DNA of 64,000 nt from Cyanobacteria bacterium auto_48_18 (GTDB taxonomy: Bacteria > Cyanobacteriota > Vampirovibrionia > Obscuribacterales > Obscuribacteraceae): positions 160,001 to 224,000 of the forward strand of contig JAVHQC010000033.1 in the NCBI GenBank assembly GCA_036170915.1. The letters are read 5' to 3'. Below, piece by piece: positions 1 through 8,073 of this stretch (within the stretch, counting starts at the first letter, position 1; each line of letters begins with the position of its first letter). Below the pieces are notes generated by a model. The model searched no databases. It saw only the letters and a program-made list of their open reading frames with translations, and was not told the DNA's origin. The translations under genes and the position numbers were made by a program.

Positions 1-1176
1 ACTTTCGCACTACCACTCTTAGAGAAAACGTCTTGGGATGAGGCTTTTCAGGCCTTTGTTGACCAGTATTACACTGCTTGTGAAGACGTGGCCATTCCAC
101 AGACTATTCTTTTGCAACACGAACTTAGTGATATTGACGTATTGCGTGAATATGTCAGTGGCAAAGCTGAAATGGCAGTAAAGGTGCTGGTACCGCAGCG
201 TGGTGGCAAAAACGATCTGATCGACATGGCCGTTAAAAATGCTGAACACTCTCTAGGCCAAGAAATAAATCGCGTAACTGAAATTGACGTCAAAGTGCAG
301 CGCACACTTACGTCGCTTAAAGAGGCATTGGGAATCGACAAATTGCCCAATCGCATTGAATGCTTTGACATATCAAATATCTCTGGAACTGATAACGTTG
401 CCAGCATGGTTTCTTTTGAAAGCGCCAAACCAAAAAAATCTGAATATCGCATGTTCAAAATTCAGAGTGTCGAAGGCGAACCAAATGACTTTGCTTCGAT
501 GAAGGAAGCCGTGGGTAGACGTTATTCGAGGCTCTTGCGCGAGAATAAACCTTTTCCTGATTTGATTATTATCGACGGTGGAAAAGGGCAATTAAGTGCT
601 GCTATGGAAGCCTTAAGTGCGCTTGATGTGAGCGAGCACCAGTTTTCAATTGTTGGCCTGGCAAAAAAGCAAGAAGAGATTTATTTTCCTAATCGCTCTA
701 CGCCGGTTTATGTGCCCAGGCGTTCAGAGGCCTTGCATTTGCTTCAGGCCGTGCGCGACGAAGCTCACCGTTTTGCCGTCACTTTCCATCGTAAGCTGAG
801 AGCGAAGCGTGTTATATCGTCTCAGCTTGATGCCCTTAAGGGTCTAGGGGCAGCCAGACGCAAAAAACTGATCGATCATTTTGGTTCGTTTGAAAAAATC
901 AAAGTTGCCACACTTGCTGAAATTGAAGCATGCCCTGGCGTTCCTAAAAAGCTGGCACTGGAGCTTTTTAATTTCATGACCGACTTAAAGAGCAAACCCA
1001 CAGTCAAACCGCAGATAGTGGTAGGTATGGTGGCAGAAGAAGTCTCGGCGCAGGAATATCAAGCTGATGTCGAATCGGAAGCTAAAAATCTTGTCGAAGA
1101 AGGCTATGAGGAAGAGTTCGACGCAGAAGACGTAGAGCCTGATGAGGAGCATCTGCCGCAGCCAGATGACGAGTAA
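1..1176 (+). CDS. uvrC: Excinuclease ABC subunit C, 5'-truncated by the window; acidic C-terminal tail
   Basis: Frame 1 is open from base 1; motifs RIECFDISN, PDLIIIDGGKGQL, RDEAHRFA and a C-terminal HhH (GLGAARRKKLIDHFGS). Confidence 0.96.
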   Translation, partial: TFALPLLEKTSWDEAFQAFVDQYYTACEDVAIPQTILLQHELSDIDVLREYVSGKAEMAVKVLVPQRGGKNDLIDMAVKNAEHSLGQEINRVTEIDVKVQRTLTSLKEALGIDKLPNRIECFDISNISGTDNVASMVSFESAKPKKSEYRMFKIQSVEGEPNDFASMKEAVGRRYSRLLRENKPFPDLIIIDGGKGQLSAAMEALSALDVSEHQFSIVGLAKKQEEIYFPNRSTPVYVPRRSEALHLLQAVRDEAHRFAVTFHRKLRAKRVISSQLDALKGLGAARRKKLIDHFGSFEKIKVATLAEIEACPGVPKKLALELFNFMTDLKSKPTVKPQIVVGMVAEEVSAQEYQADVESEAKNLVEEGYEEEFDAEDVEPDEEHLPQPDDE

Positions 1177-1444
1177 GTAAGTCGGTAAGTAAGTCGGCAA
1201 GTAGCGATAGTCTAGCTGGCTTATGAGCACTTTTGGGCTAGAGAAATGCTTGCACCAGAAATGGTGGCAATGATTTTCTGTTCACCCGCCTGGCTTTGCG
1301 GCCTCATCTGTGCACAGGCTTATAGATACAGGTGCTTTGAGTCGAGCAAATTTTTATATGAGCTGTCATAGTATTAGCAGCATTCGGCGTTAAAAGTCAC
1401 TCCCAGATGACCGTCAGGTGTCCTTAACCTACTGGAGCAGGGCT

Positions 1445-2185
1445 ATGTCATCTTATGAGAAGCGCAATTTACTATTGCGCAGTTTACCGACGCATATTGC
1501 TGAAGAAATTTGTACTGCTGGTCGAGTAGTTCCTTTAGAGTTGCGTGAACAACTAACCAGACCGGGCAGTCCGCAAAATTATGTTTATTTTCCTGAAACA
1601 GGTGCAATATCGCTGTTTATTCCAATGGATGACGGTTCACTAGTAGAGATCGCCACCATCGGCTATGAAGGAATGGTTGGGCTATCGCAGGTTTATGGAG
1701 TCTCCTCAGTAGCAGATATCTGCTTGTGTCCCATAGCTGGCTCAGCTTTGCGCCTTGAGTCAGATCGATTTCTCAGCTTGGTGGAGCAGTATCCAGAGCT
1801 GAAGCTGCTCTGTGAGCGCTATAGCATGACTCTTTTTAATCAGGTTGCCAGAATACTGGGTTGCAACCGTACTCACAGTGTCGAGCAACGCTGCGCCAGC
1901 TGGCTTTTACTCGCTTACGAGCGCAGCAATTATTTGCCCTTTGTTCTGACTCAAGAGTATTTGGCATTGTTGCTTGGAGTTTCGCGTACGGGTATTAATC
2001 AGGCGGCGGGAAATCTTTCTAAAGCTCGCTTAATTAGCTATGTGCGAGGGCGCATCAATGTGCTCGACGTTAAAGGTCTCGAGAAAGTGTGTTGTGGGTG
2101 TTATAGTTCCGTCAGGCAGTACTACAAGACAGTGATGCAACCTACTCCAATAAGTAATCCTGGGAGCCACTTGAGGCTAATTTAA
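1445..2185 (+). CDS. Crp/Fnr family transcriptional regulator
   Basis: cNMP-binding-like N-terminus (VYFPETG..VEIATIGYEGMVG) and HTH (LTQEYLALLLGVSR); ATG 1445 has GGAG upstream. Confidence 0.9.
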   Translation: MSSYEKRNLLLRSLPTHIAEEICTAGRVVPLELREQLTRPGSPQNYVYFPETGAISLFIPMDDGSLVEIATIGYEGMVGLSQVYGVSSVADICLCPIAGSALRLESDRFLSLVEQYPELKLLCERYSMTLFNQVARILGCNRTHSVEQRCASWLLLAYERSNYLPFVLTQEYLALLLGVSRTGINQAAGNLSKARLISYVRGRINVLDVKGLEKVCCGCYSSVRQYYKTVMQPTPISNPGSHLRLI

Positions 2186-2277
2186 ATCTCTAGTTTGTCG
2201 TGGGCGCTAGGTTTTCTTTGCTATTATGCATGCGATCTAGAAACACTTATCTTGGTCGACGGAACACGGCAATTAAT

Positions 2278-3012
2278 ATGCTCGACAATCATTACGCCAA
2301 TTCTAAGCTCGCTGAACTTTATGATTTTGATAGCGGATGGTCTAGCGATAGAGATTTCTATTTATCGCTCGCCGAATCTCAGCCTCAAATGATTTTAGAT
2401 CTCGGCTGTGGAACGGGCCTTCTTTGTAGTGCCTATGCGGGTAACGGTCATCAAGTTACTGGCGTTGATCCGTCGTCTGCCATGCTTGAAATCGCACGCA
2501 GAAAACCACATGGAGACAAAATTGAGTGGGTACAGTCCACTGCCCAGAGTTATAGGTCTGGCAAACTTTTTGATCTAATAATTATGACCGGTCACGCCTT
2601 CCAGGTCTTATTGAAAGACGCTGATATTCTAGAAACTTTTTCGACAATGCAGAAGCACCTGAAGCCAGGTGGTACTGTAGTTTTCGAATCTCGTAACCCC
2701 TTAATTGATTGGCAGAATGAATGGGACTACGAGATGGTAATTGATTTGCCAAAAGGAAAGGTTACAGAGTCAAGGCGATTTCTCGCGATGAATAGCGATT
2801 TGATGAAATTCGAATTGCGATACCAGTTTTCTGATGAGACTTTGATTTCTAAAAGTGAGCTTCGATTTTTGTCACAAGACGAAATCAATAAGCGCTTAAG
2901 TGCATCAGGCCTGAGTTGCAACAAAGTGTTGGGCGGCTGGGATGGTCGTCACTTTGACGAATCTTGCCGAGAGATGATTTTCATTGTCCATACAAGAACT
3001 AATTTAATTTGA
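2278..3012 (+). CDS. Class I SAM-dependent methyltransferase
   Basis: ILDLGCGTG, VTGVDPS..ML, FDLIIMTGHAFQ. Confidence 0.9.
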   Translation: MLDNHYANSKLAELYDFDSGWSSDRDFYLSLAESQPQMILDLGCGTGLLCSAYAGNGHQVTGVDPSSAMLEIARRKPHGDKIEWVQSTAQSYRSGKLFDLIIMTGHAFQVLLKDADILETFSTMQKHLKPGGTVVFESRNPLIDWQNEWDYEMVIDLPKGKVTESRRFLAMNSDLMKFELRYQFSDETLISKSELRFLSQDEINKRLSASGLSCNKVLGGWDGRHFDESCREMIFIVHTRTNLI

Positions 3013-3943
3013 GCTCCCAGTTTTGGCCGGTCAAATGATGCCCAAAGCTGTAATGCTGCTCTTCCAATACCAATTGAAAACCTGCTTGTTCGTAAATTCT
3101 ACGGGCGGAATGAAGAATATCGTTTGTCCATAAAGTCATTTTCTGGTAGCCACGTTGCCTGGCGAATTTTATGCATTCTTGCACCAGGCGGCGACCGATG
3201 CCCAAGCCGCGTGCATGAGGTTCAACGTACAGCAGCCGCAACTTAGCTACTTCGTCGCTCTCTTTAACTACAAAGACGGAGCCAACTATTGCGTCGTTTA
3301 CCTCGGCAATCCAACAGTGTTCTTTTTCTGCATCGAAGTTGAGGATAAATTTGGCCGCTATTTCTGCAATCAGAGCTTCGAATTTTTCATCCCAGTTATA
3401 TTCTTGATTGTAGAGAACGGCCTGACGGTGAATGATCCAACCCATGTCACCAGGTTGGTGTTCTCGCAAGACATAAGCGGCAGTGTTTTTTGTGCGAGAG
3501 CTATCCAAAAGCTGCTGCACCAAATTAATCGCCTGAATAAGTTTATTCTGCTCATCTAGTGAGAGTGGCTTCAACATCGCCGCCACTTCTTTCTCTGACC
3601 GTGCATTGAGAGGCTCAAAAGCTGCGCGGCCCTTGTCAGTGAGCGACAGAATGTGCTGCCGGGCATCTTGTGCCGATGGTGATTTGGCAATTAATTTTTG
3701 TTTTTGGAAAGCGCTTAGTATCCGACTTAAATAACCGGGATCAATAGAGAGGTCTCGACACAAATCGCTGGCAGTTAAATTTTGACCGTGATAAAGCTCG
3801 TACAAAATTCTTACTTCAGTTAATGAAAATTGACTTTCTAATAATCCTTCATGCAGCACACCAATTTTTTGTGTGTAAAAACGATTAAATTCTCTAACTG
3901 TGGCCACACGCTTGTGTAGATCACTCTTCTTCAGGCTGGGCAT
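2999..3943 (-). CDS. MarR-HTH / GNAT acetyltransferase fusion
   Basis: VREFNRFYT..LTEVRILYEL..DPGYLSRIL MarR domain; LLYVEPHARGLGIG acetyl-CoA motif; start uncertain. Confidence 0.9.
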   Translation of the reverse strand: MPSLKKSDLHKRVATVREFNRFYTQKIGVLHEGLLESQFSLTEVRILYELYHGQNLTASDLCRDLSIDPGYLSRILSAFQKQKLIAKSPSAQDARQHILSLTDKGRAAFEPLNARSEKEVAAMLKPLSLDEQNKLIQAINLVQQLLDSSRTKNTAAYVLREHQPGDMGWIIHRQAVLYNQEYNWDEKFEALIAEIAAKFILNFDAEKEHCWIAEVNDAIVGSVFVVKESDEVAKLRLLYVEPHARGLGIGRRLVQECIKFARQRGYQKMTLWTNDILHSARRIYEQAGFQLVLEEQHYSFGHHLTGQNWELKLN

Positions 3944-4079
3944 GCCTTGAAACCTCAAACCGATAAGGTTGATATTGTCAACGAAATTAGTTGACTTTGT
4001 CAACTATCTCCCTAAATTCTCTACGCTGTTAGTTAGCAGCTATACATCTATTTCTCTATTTATGCGGTTTGAGTGCTAT

Positions 4080-4107
4080 TTGCACATTTGCAAACACGTG
4101 CTATATT
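4080..4107 (+). promoter_or_regulatory. Putative sigma70 promoter of the tRNA array
   Basis: TTGCAC-16nt-TATATT with extended TGn, 14 nt before tRNA-Gly. Confidence 0.6.
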
Positions 4108-4121
4108 GAAAAAACGTTGAT

Positions 4122-4195
4122 GCGGATTTGGCACATTGGTTGTGCACTAGTCTTCCAAACTAGCGAAAAGAGTTCGATTCTCTTATTCCGCTCCA
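4122..4195 (+). tRNA. tRNA-Gly(TCC)
   Basis: CTAGT-CT TCC AA-ACTAG anticodon arm, GTTCGATTC T-loop, U73 and CCA. Confidence 0.9.
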
Positions 4196-4211
4196 TTTTT
4201 AGGTGAATGAA

Positions 4212-4355
4212 ATGAGTTCAGTGATTCGGGTAATGAAACGTAATTATGGCAGACCTTATATGTCTGCTGATCGTTTTGTCACACCCGTTTTGGATTCTAA
4301 TCACCATGTTTCAACAAGTACAACCATTCCGAAGACCACGTCTACCAGAGCTTAA
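4212..4355 (+). CDS. Small ORF, 47 aa, Thr-rich C-terminus ending STRA* (putative leader peptide)
   Basis: AGGTGA SD at 4201; MSSVIRVMKRNYGRPYMSADRFVTPVLDSNHHVSTSTTIPKTTSTRA. Confidence 0.5.
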   Translation: MSSVIRVMKRNYGRPYMSADRFVTPVLDSNHHVSTSTTIPKTTSTRA

Positions 4356-4390
4356 AGCTTGGTGCTCTGGTTCGTTCGGAGAAAAAACAC

Positions 4391-4466
4391 GCCCATGTAG
4401 CTCAAAAGCAGAGCATTCGCCTTGTAAGCGAGAGGTAGCGGGAGCATTACCACGCCTTGGGCTCCA
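4391..4466 (+). tRNA. tRNA-Thr(TGT), atypical T-arm
   Basis: GCCCATG acceptor, TAGCTCA D-arm, TCGC-CT TGT AA-GCGA, TCCA end; T-loop AGCATTA. Confidence 0.8.
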
Positions 4467-4488
4467 TTTTTCTCCAATTCAAAAATTT

Positions 4489-4560
4489 GCGCACGTGGTC
4501 TACTGGATGGGCACCGTTCTTCTAAAGCGGCTTAAGCAAGTTCGATTCTTGCCGTGCGTG
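4489..4560 (+). tRNA. tRNA-Arg(TCT)
   Basis: GCGCACG/CGTGCGT acceptor, CCGTT-CT TCT AA-AGCGG, GTTCGATTC; no encoded CCA. Confidence 0.85.
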
Positions 4561-4584
4561 AGTTTTGTACAAGGAGATTTTTTT

Positions 4585-4657
4585 AGATCGCTAGTTCAAT
4601 TGGTTAGAATCCTGACTCTTAATCAGCGAGATCCAAGTTCGATCCTTGGGCGGTCTA
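4585..4657 (+). tRNA. tRNA-Lys(CTT)
   Basis: AGATCGC/GCGGTCT acceptor, CTGA-CT CTT AA-TCAG, GTTCGATCC. Confidence 0.85.
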
Positions 4658-4668
4658 TTGTTGTTTTG

Positions 4669-4740
4669 CCTCTGATAGCACAATGGCGGTGCAGCTCTTT
4701 TACACAGAGATGGTTCTACGTTCAAGTCGTAGTCAGAGGA
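4669..4740 (+). tRNA. tRNA-Val(TAC)
   Basis: CCTCTGA/TCAGAGG acceptor, CTCT-TT TAC AC-AGAG, GTTCAAGTC. Confidence 0.85.
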
Positions 4741-4744
4741 CTAA

Positions 4745-4819
4745 TGCGTTATAGCTCAGTGGTAGAGCGGTCGCCTGTTAAGCGAATGATCCCTGGTTCG
4801 ATCCCAGGTAACGCAGCCA
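4745..4819 (+). tRNA. tRNA-Asn(GTT)
   Basis: TGCGTTA/TAACGCA acceptor, TAGCTCAGTGGTAGAGC, TCGC-CT GTT AA-GCGA, GCCA end. Confidence 0.92.
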
Positions 4820-4822
4820 TTT

Positions 4823-4894
4823 TCCACTGTCGTCTAATAGCAAGACTTCCAGCTCATAACTGGAATAATGTTGGTGCAAATCCAGCTAGTGGAA
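4823..4894 (+). tRNA. tRNA with CAT anticodon (Met, or Ile2 if lysidine-modified)
   Basis: TCCACTG/TAGTGGA acceptor, TCCAG-CT CAT AA-CTGGA, T-loop TGCAAAT. Confidence 0.8.
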
Positions 4895-4971
4895 TATTCC
4901 AAAAAAAAGTTATTGCGCAGTTTCGCTGCCCTGTGATATGTTGAGCAAAGTTGAAGTCAGGAAAGTTTCCA

Positions 4972-5127
4972 ATGAAAGCCGTTCTCCAAAATTTGTATAG
5001 CATGAACGATAGACAGCCTCGGGGCTGCTTCTTATCGTTTGTCGTGCCTGTAAATTTCATTGGAGTATTTGGAAATGAGACCAACACAATTAGTTTGCGA
5101 ATTACACCGCCGTCTACCAGAGCATAA
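4972..5127 (+). CDS. Small ORF, 51 aa, ending STRA* (putative leader peptide)
   Basis: AGGAAAG SD upstream; MKAVLQNLYSMNDRQPRGCFLSFVVPVNFIGVFGNETNTISLRITPPSTRA. Confidence 0.5.
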   Translation: MKAVLQNLYSMNDRQPRGCFLSFVVPVNFIGVFGNETNTISLRITPPSTRA

Positions 5128-5141
5128 TGCTGGGTTGATAT

Positions 5142-5216
5142 GGCCGTGTAGTTTAGTGGTAAAACGCGCTCCTGATGAGAGTGTTAGCGATTGTTCGATT
5201 CAATCCATGGCCTCCA
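5142..5216 (+). tRNA. tRNA with GAT anticodon (nominal Ile), atypical G37 and U73
   Basis: GGCCGTG/CATGGCC acceptor, CGCTC-CT GAT GA-GAGTG, GTTCGATTC, TCCA end. Confidence 0.8.
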
Positions 5217-5275
5217 TATTCTTTCACCGATGCCGGTGCGGCACCGCAGATGATACCGCATGCTCGCCGGCTTTT

Positions 5276-5347
5276 GCTCCAATAGCCCAATGCAGAGGCA
5301 GCAGATTTAAACCCTGCAAAGTGAGGACTCATGCCCCTCTTGGAGCA
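5276..5347 (+). tRNA. tRNA-Leu(TAA)-like, short variable loop, degenerate T-loop (possibly a pseudo-tRNA)
   Basis: GCTCCAA/TTGGAGC acceptor, GCAGA-TT TAA AC-CCTGC. Confidence 0.65.
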
Positions 5348-5350
5348 CTC

Positions 5351-5422
5351 GCCCTATTACCCCAATGTAGAGGGAATAGTTTCAAAAACTATAAAGTCTC
5401 AGTTCGCGCCTGAGATAGGGCA
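5351..5422 (+). tRNA. tRNA-Leu(CAA)-like, short variable loop
   Basis: GCCCTAT/ATAGGGC acceptor, ATAGT-TT CAA AA-ACTAT, CTCAG-TTCGCGC-CTGAG T-arm. Confidence 0.75.
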
Positions 5423-5425
5423 TTT

Positions 5426-5502
5426 GGTTCTGAAGATAAACCAGCAGAGTCGCCTCGTTGTCAGCGAGGAAATAGCGGGGGCAGCACCCGTCAGAACCGC
5501 CA
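5426..5502 (+). tRNA. tRNA-Asp(GTC), atypical D and T loops
   Basis: GGTTCTG/CAGAACC acceptor, CCTCG-TT GTC AG-CGAGG, G73 and CCA. Confidence 0.78.
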
Positions 5503-5517
5503 TTTTTTTTGATATAT

Positions 5518-5603
5518 CGGCATGTGGGTGAGTGGTCGAAACCAGGACTCTGTAAAAGTTCTCCCTAAAAAGCACATTCGTTCGAATCGAATCATGCCGA
5601 CCA
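5518..5603 (+). tRNA. tRNA-Tyr(GTA) with a C1-G72 pair
   Basis: CGGCATG/CATGCCG acceptor, GGACT-CT GTA AA-AGTTC, long variable region, GTTCGAATC, ACCA. Confidence 0.85.
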
Positions 5604-5676
5604 ATTTTAGACTTAACCGACTTCTAGTGAGGTAAGTACGGTGCTCATGAGCCAACACTTCGGCTAGACTGTCTTT

Positions 5677-6369
5677 ATGCTCAGAATAAAGCAAAGCATC
5701 TGCGTCCTTCTCGTCCTGGCTCTTGCCGGCCCTTCTTCCATGCAGGTAGTTTTGGCAGATGACATCAACGATGAGAAACTTTCCAGAGCTGAGGCCTTGA
5801 CCGAATTAGGCCACATGAGAACTGATCGATTCCGATTTGCTGAAGCAGCTCAACTTTATAGCGACGCGATTAAGTTAAACCCTGAACTTACTCTTGCTTA
5901 CGCTTGCCGCGCAGATGCTCGCGTAAAGTTGCACGACGACGTTGGTGCCTTGACAGACTACGACATGGCCTTAAAACTTTCACCTGATGACGCATTTGTC
6001 TATGGATGTCGCGGGGAGCTTAAGCTTCTAACAGGAGAGATCAAGGGTGCACTTCGTGATTTAGATATGGCAGATGCATTAGGGCTAGATTTCTTCTTTA
6101 TTTATTGGCGACGTGCAGAAGCAGAACTTATAGCTCGTGACTACGAGGGAGTTATCAAAGACTGCAATCGAGCGTTCCAATACGATTGCTTAACCGATTC
6201 TCGCCTCTATTTTCTCCGTGCTCAAGCAGAGTTTCACACGTTTAATTACATCGCTTCAGTTATTGATTTTTCTTTGGCCAACTATATTGAGTGTGCTGCG
6301 ACTTTGAGAAGGGTTTTGCTTCAATCAATAACTAACGTGAACGGCGCACATAAACGTGCCACAAACTAG
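5677..6369 (+). CDS. Secreted TPR-repeat protein
   Basis: Signal peptide; TPR patterns (YSDAIKLNPELTLAY..RA, ALTDYDMALKLSP). Confidence 0.8.
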   Translation: MLRIKQSICVLLVLALAGPSSMQVVLADDINDEKLSRAEALTELGHMRTDRFRFAEAAQLYSDAIKLNPELTLAYACRADARVKLHDDVGALTDYDMALKLSPDDAFVYGCRGELKLLTGEIKGALRDLDMADALGLDFFFIYWRRAEAELIARDYEGVIKDCNRAFQYDCLTDSRLYFLRAQAEFHTFNYIASVIDFSLANYIECAATLRRVLLQSITNVNGAHKRATN

Positions 6370-6862
6370 GTGCAATTTGTTCGGACCAGAATTCAAATCC
6401 GCGTGAGTGCCAAATGTCATAAAAAGGCTGCGGTTCCCAGCGATGCTTGATGCCTATGACTTTACCCGGCGCCGCCGTATTGACCGCAATATTGATTGGT
6501 GGCATTGGGTCGCCTTGTTTATCGTCGATAGCGGTGACGTCAACCCAGACAATGGAATTGTTATCTAGATTCAGCATCCAATCAGGCTTCTCTAAGGGTG
6601 ATTGCGGCAAAACTTCGGTGGCGCTATCCACGATTTCGTCATCGGCATTTAGTCCTGCGAGTTCGTTTATCTTCGCTAAGAATTCTTTTTCAGGAACCTT
6701 TGCAATTGCTGCCACTCTGCTTAAACTGATGCGTGGTGGCATAACCTTTTGCAGCAATGGATTACGCAGTCGTTCAAAATCGTGTCTGTTCAGGCTAATT
6801 ACATATTCAAGCACGTCGGGGCTGGCTGCCAGCGCTTCGGACAGACGCGTTTTTCCATTCAT
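6332..6862 (-). CDS. DUF1858/DUF2249-like protein
   Basis: FERLRNPLLQKVM..ISL..VAAI (DUF1858-like) and HRWEPQPFY (DUF2249-like). Confidence 0.65.
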   Translation of the reverse strand: MNGKTRLSEALAASPDVLEYVISLNRHDFERLRNPLLQKVMPPRISLSRVAAIAKVPEKEFLAKINELAGLNADDEIVDSATEVLPQSPLEKPDWMLNLDNNSIVWVDVTAIDDKQGDPMPPINIAVNTAAPGKVIGIKHRWEPQPFYDIWHSRGFEFWSEQIAPSLWHVYVRRSR

Positions 6863-6868
6863 TCGACC

Positions 6869-7627
6869 CTACTCCACCGGATACTTGAGCTCAATCGCTT
6901 TTTTTTCGTCAGCCGAATATGCTTTTTCATTACCAAGTTTTTTATGCAGCATGGCACGGTGATAATAGGCCTCAGCATAATCACTTCTATGAGCAATGGA
7001 AGTATCAAAATCTTTCATGGCCAGATCAAAGTGCTTCAGGGCAAAATTGATTGTGCCGCGCGTGTCATAGGCTTCTGCCATCTTTGGTGCTAACTCCAAA
7101 GCTTTATTAACGTCCGCTAGGGCTGCATGTAGTTCACCGGCTTGAGCGCGCATCCAGGCTCGATTGTTGAAAGCAGGAGCATAGCTATCGTCAGAACTTA
7201 CTGCTTCATCGAGATCGTTAATTGCTTTTGCGCGTTCGCCGATGAGGGCGAGGCACGTGCCTCTTAAATTAAGCAAGGCAGCCAGACGCTTGGCGTTGGC
7301 TGCAGGGTCAGAGTTTTGTTTTTTTGCCGCTGGTTTTGCAACGCTCGCCGCTTGTGTCAAAGGCAGGCTAGATGAGCTATGAATGCGACTGATTGCAGCA
7401 TTTAACACACTAAGGTCGCTCATCGCCTTCATTTTCTCAGCGGTGGTTACTCGCACCTTAAATAAGTTCGGCAAGCTGGAGCTGTGATTGTCAGACCCCG
7501 AGTTAAAATCCCCCACGGACGGAGGCATTTTCGCCAAAACCGCCTGAATGGGCAAGCTCGATAAGACAGCAACCATAAGTGCGCAAGCCGGCGCCTGCGG
7601 TGAGCGTCTGCTCGGTTGTCTCATCAA
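6869..7627 (-). CDS. Secreted TPR-repeat protein
   Basis: AFNNRAW, ALADVNKALELAP, AEAYDTRG, AEAYYHRA. Confidence 0.85.
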   Translation of the reverse strand: MMRQPSRRSPQAPACALMVAVLSSLPIQAVLAKMPPSVGDFNSGSDNHSSSLPNLFKVRVTTAEKMKAMSDLSVLNAAISRIHSSSSLPLTQAASVAKPAAKKQNSDPAANAKRLAALLNLRGTCLALIGERAKAINDLDEAVSSDDSYAPAFNNRAWMRAQAGELHAALADVNKALELAPKMAEAYDTRGTINFALKHFDLAMKDFDTSIAHRSDYAEAYYHRAMLHKKLGNEKAYSADEKKAIELKYPVE

Positions 7628-7931
7628 ATTCCCTCCGGCGAACGTAATTATGAGGTTTACGGGCCCGCCCTATAGTTTAGGACGAAAAATTGATGAATTT
7701 CATCTTTGAATGCCCCTAGTTTCCCTTGACATATGGAATGATGGTTTCAGGAGTGCTTGATTTTCGTCTCATAGGGTCCTGGCTGGCGCTTGCTTTGTCT
7801 ACCATTGAAGCATTCCTTGGTTTTTCTTGATCGCACATCAGAATATGAGCGCTGCCGACCACGGCGGCGCTTTTATTCTTTTTGATGGTATATTCTTCAA
7901 TATTCGGTCGCCCATCTATATAGAGATAGCT

Positions 7932-8069
7932 ATGGCTCTTTCATTCAAGAAATTTCAAGCAAGAAATTTTCTCCGCAAGAATTTTAAACAAATCGTCGTT
8001 TGGACCATGATTTTCTTGTTCCTTGGCACACTCGTGCCGTCGACCTTCTTTATGTTCATGAATAACTAG
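7932..8069 (+). CDS. Small single-TM protein (45 aa)
   Basis: Basic N-terminus followed by a hydrophobic helix; ends 4 nt before rarA. Confidence 0.5.
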   Translation: MALSFKKFQARNFLRKNFKQIVVWTMIFLFLGTLVPSTFFMFMNN

Positions 8070-8073
8070 AACA

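Noticed and set aside
1173..1204. GTAAGTAAGTCG x2 plus a partial copy after uvrC
   Set aside because: Short slippage repeat with no supportable function
4246..4944. 232-aa ORF (and the ORFs at 5060-5413 and 5331-5531)
   Set aside because: They run through clear tRNA genes and have no protein-like features
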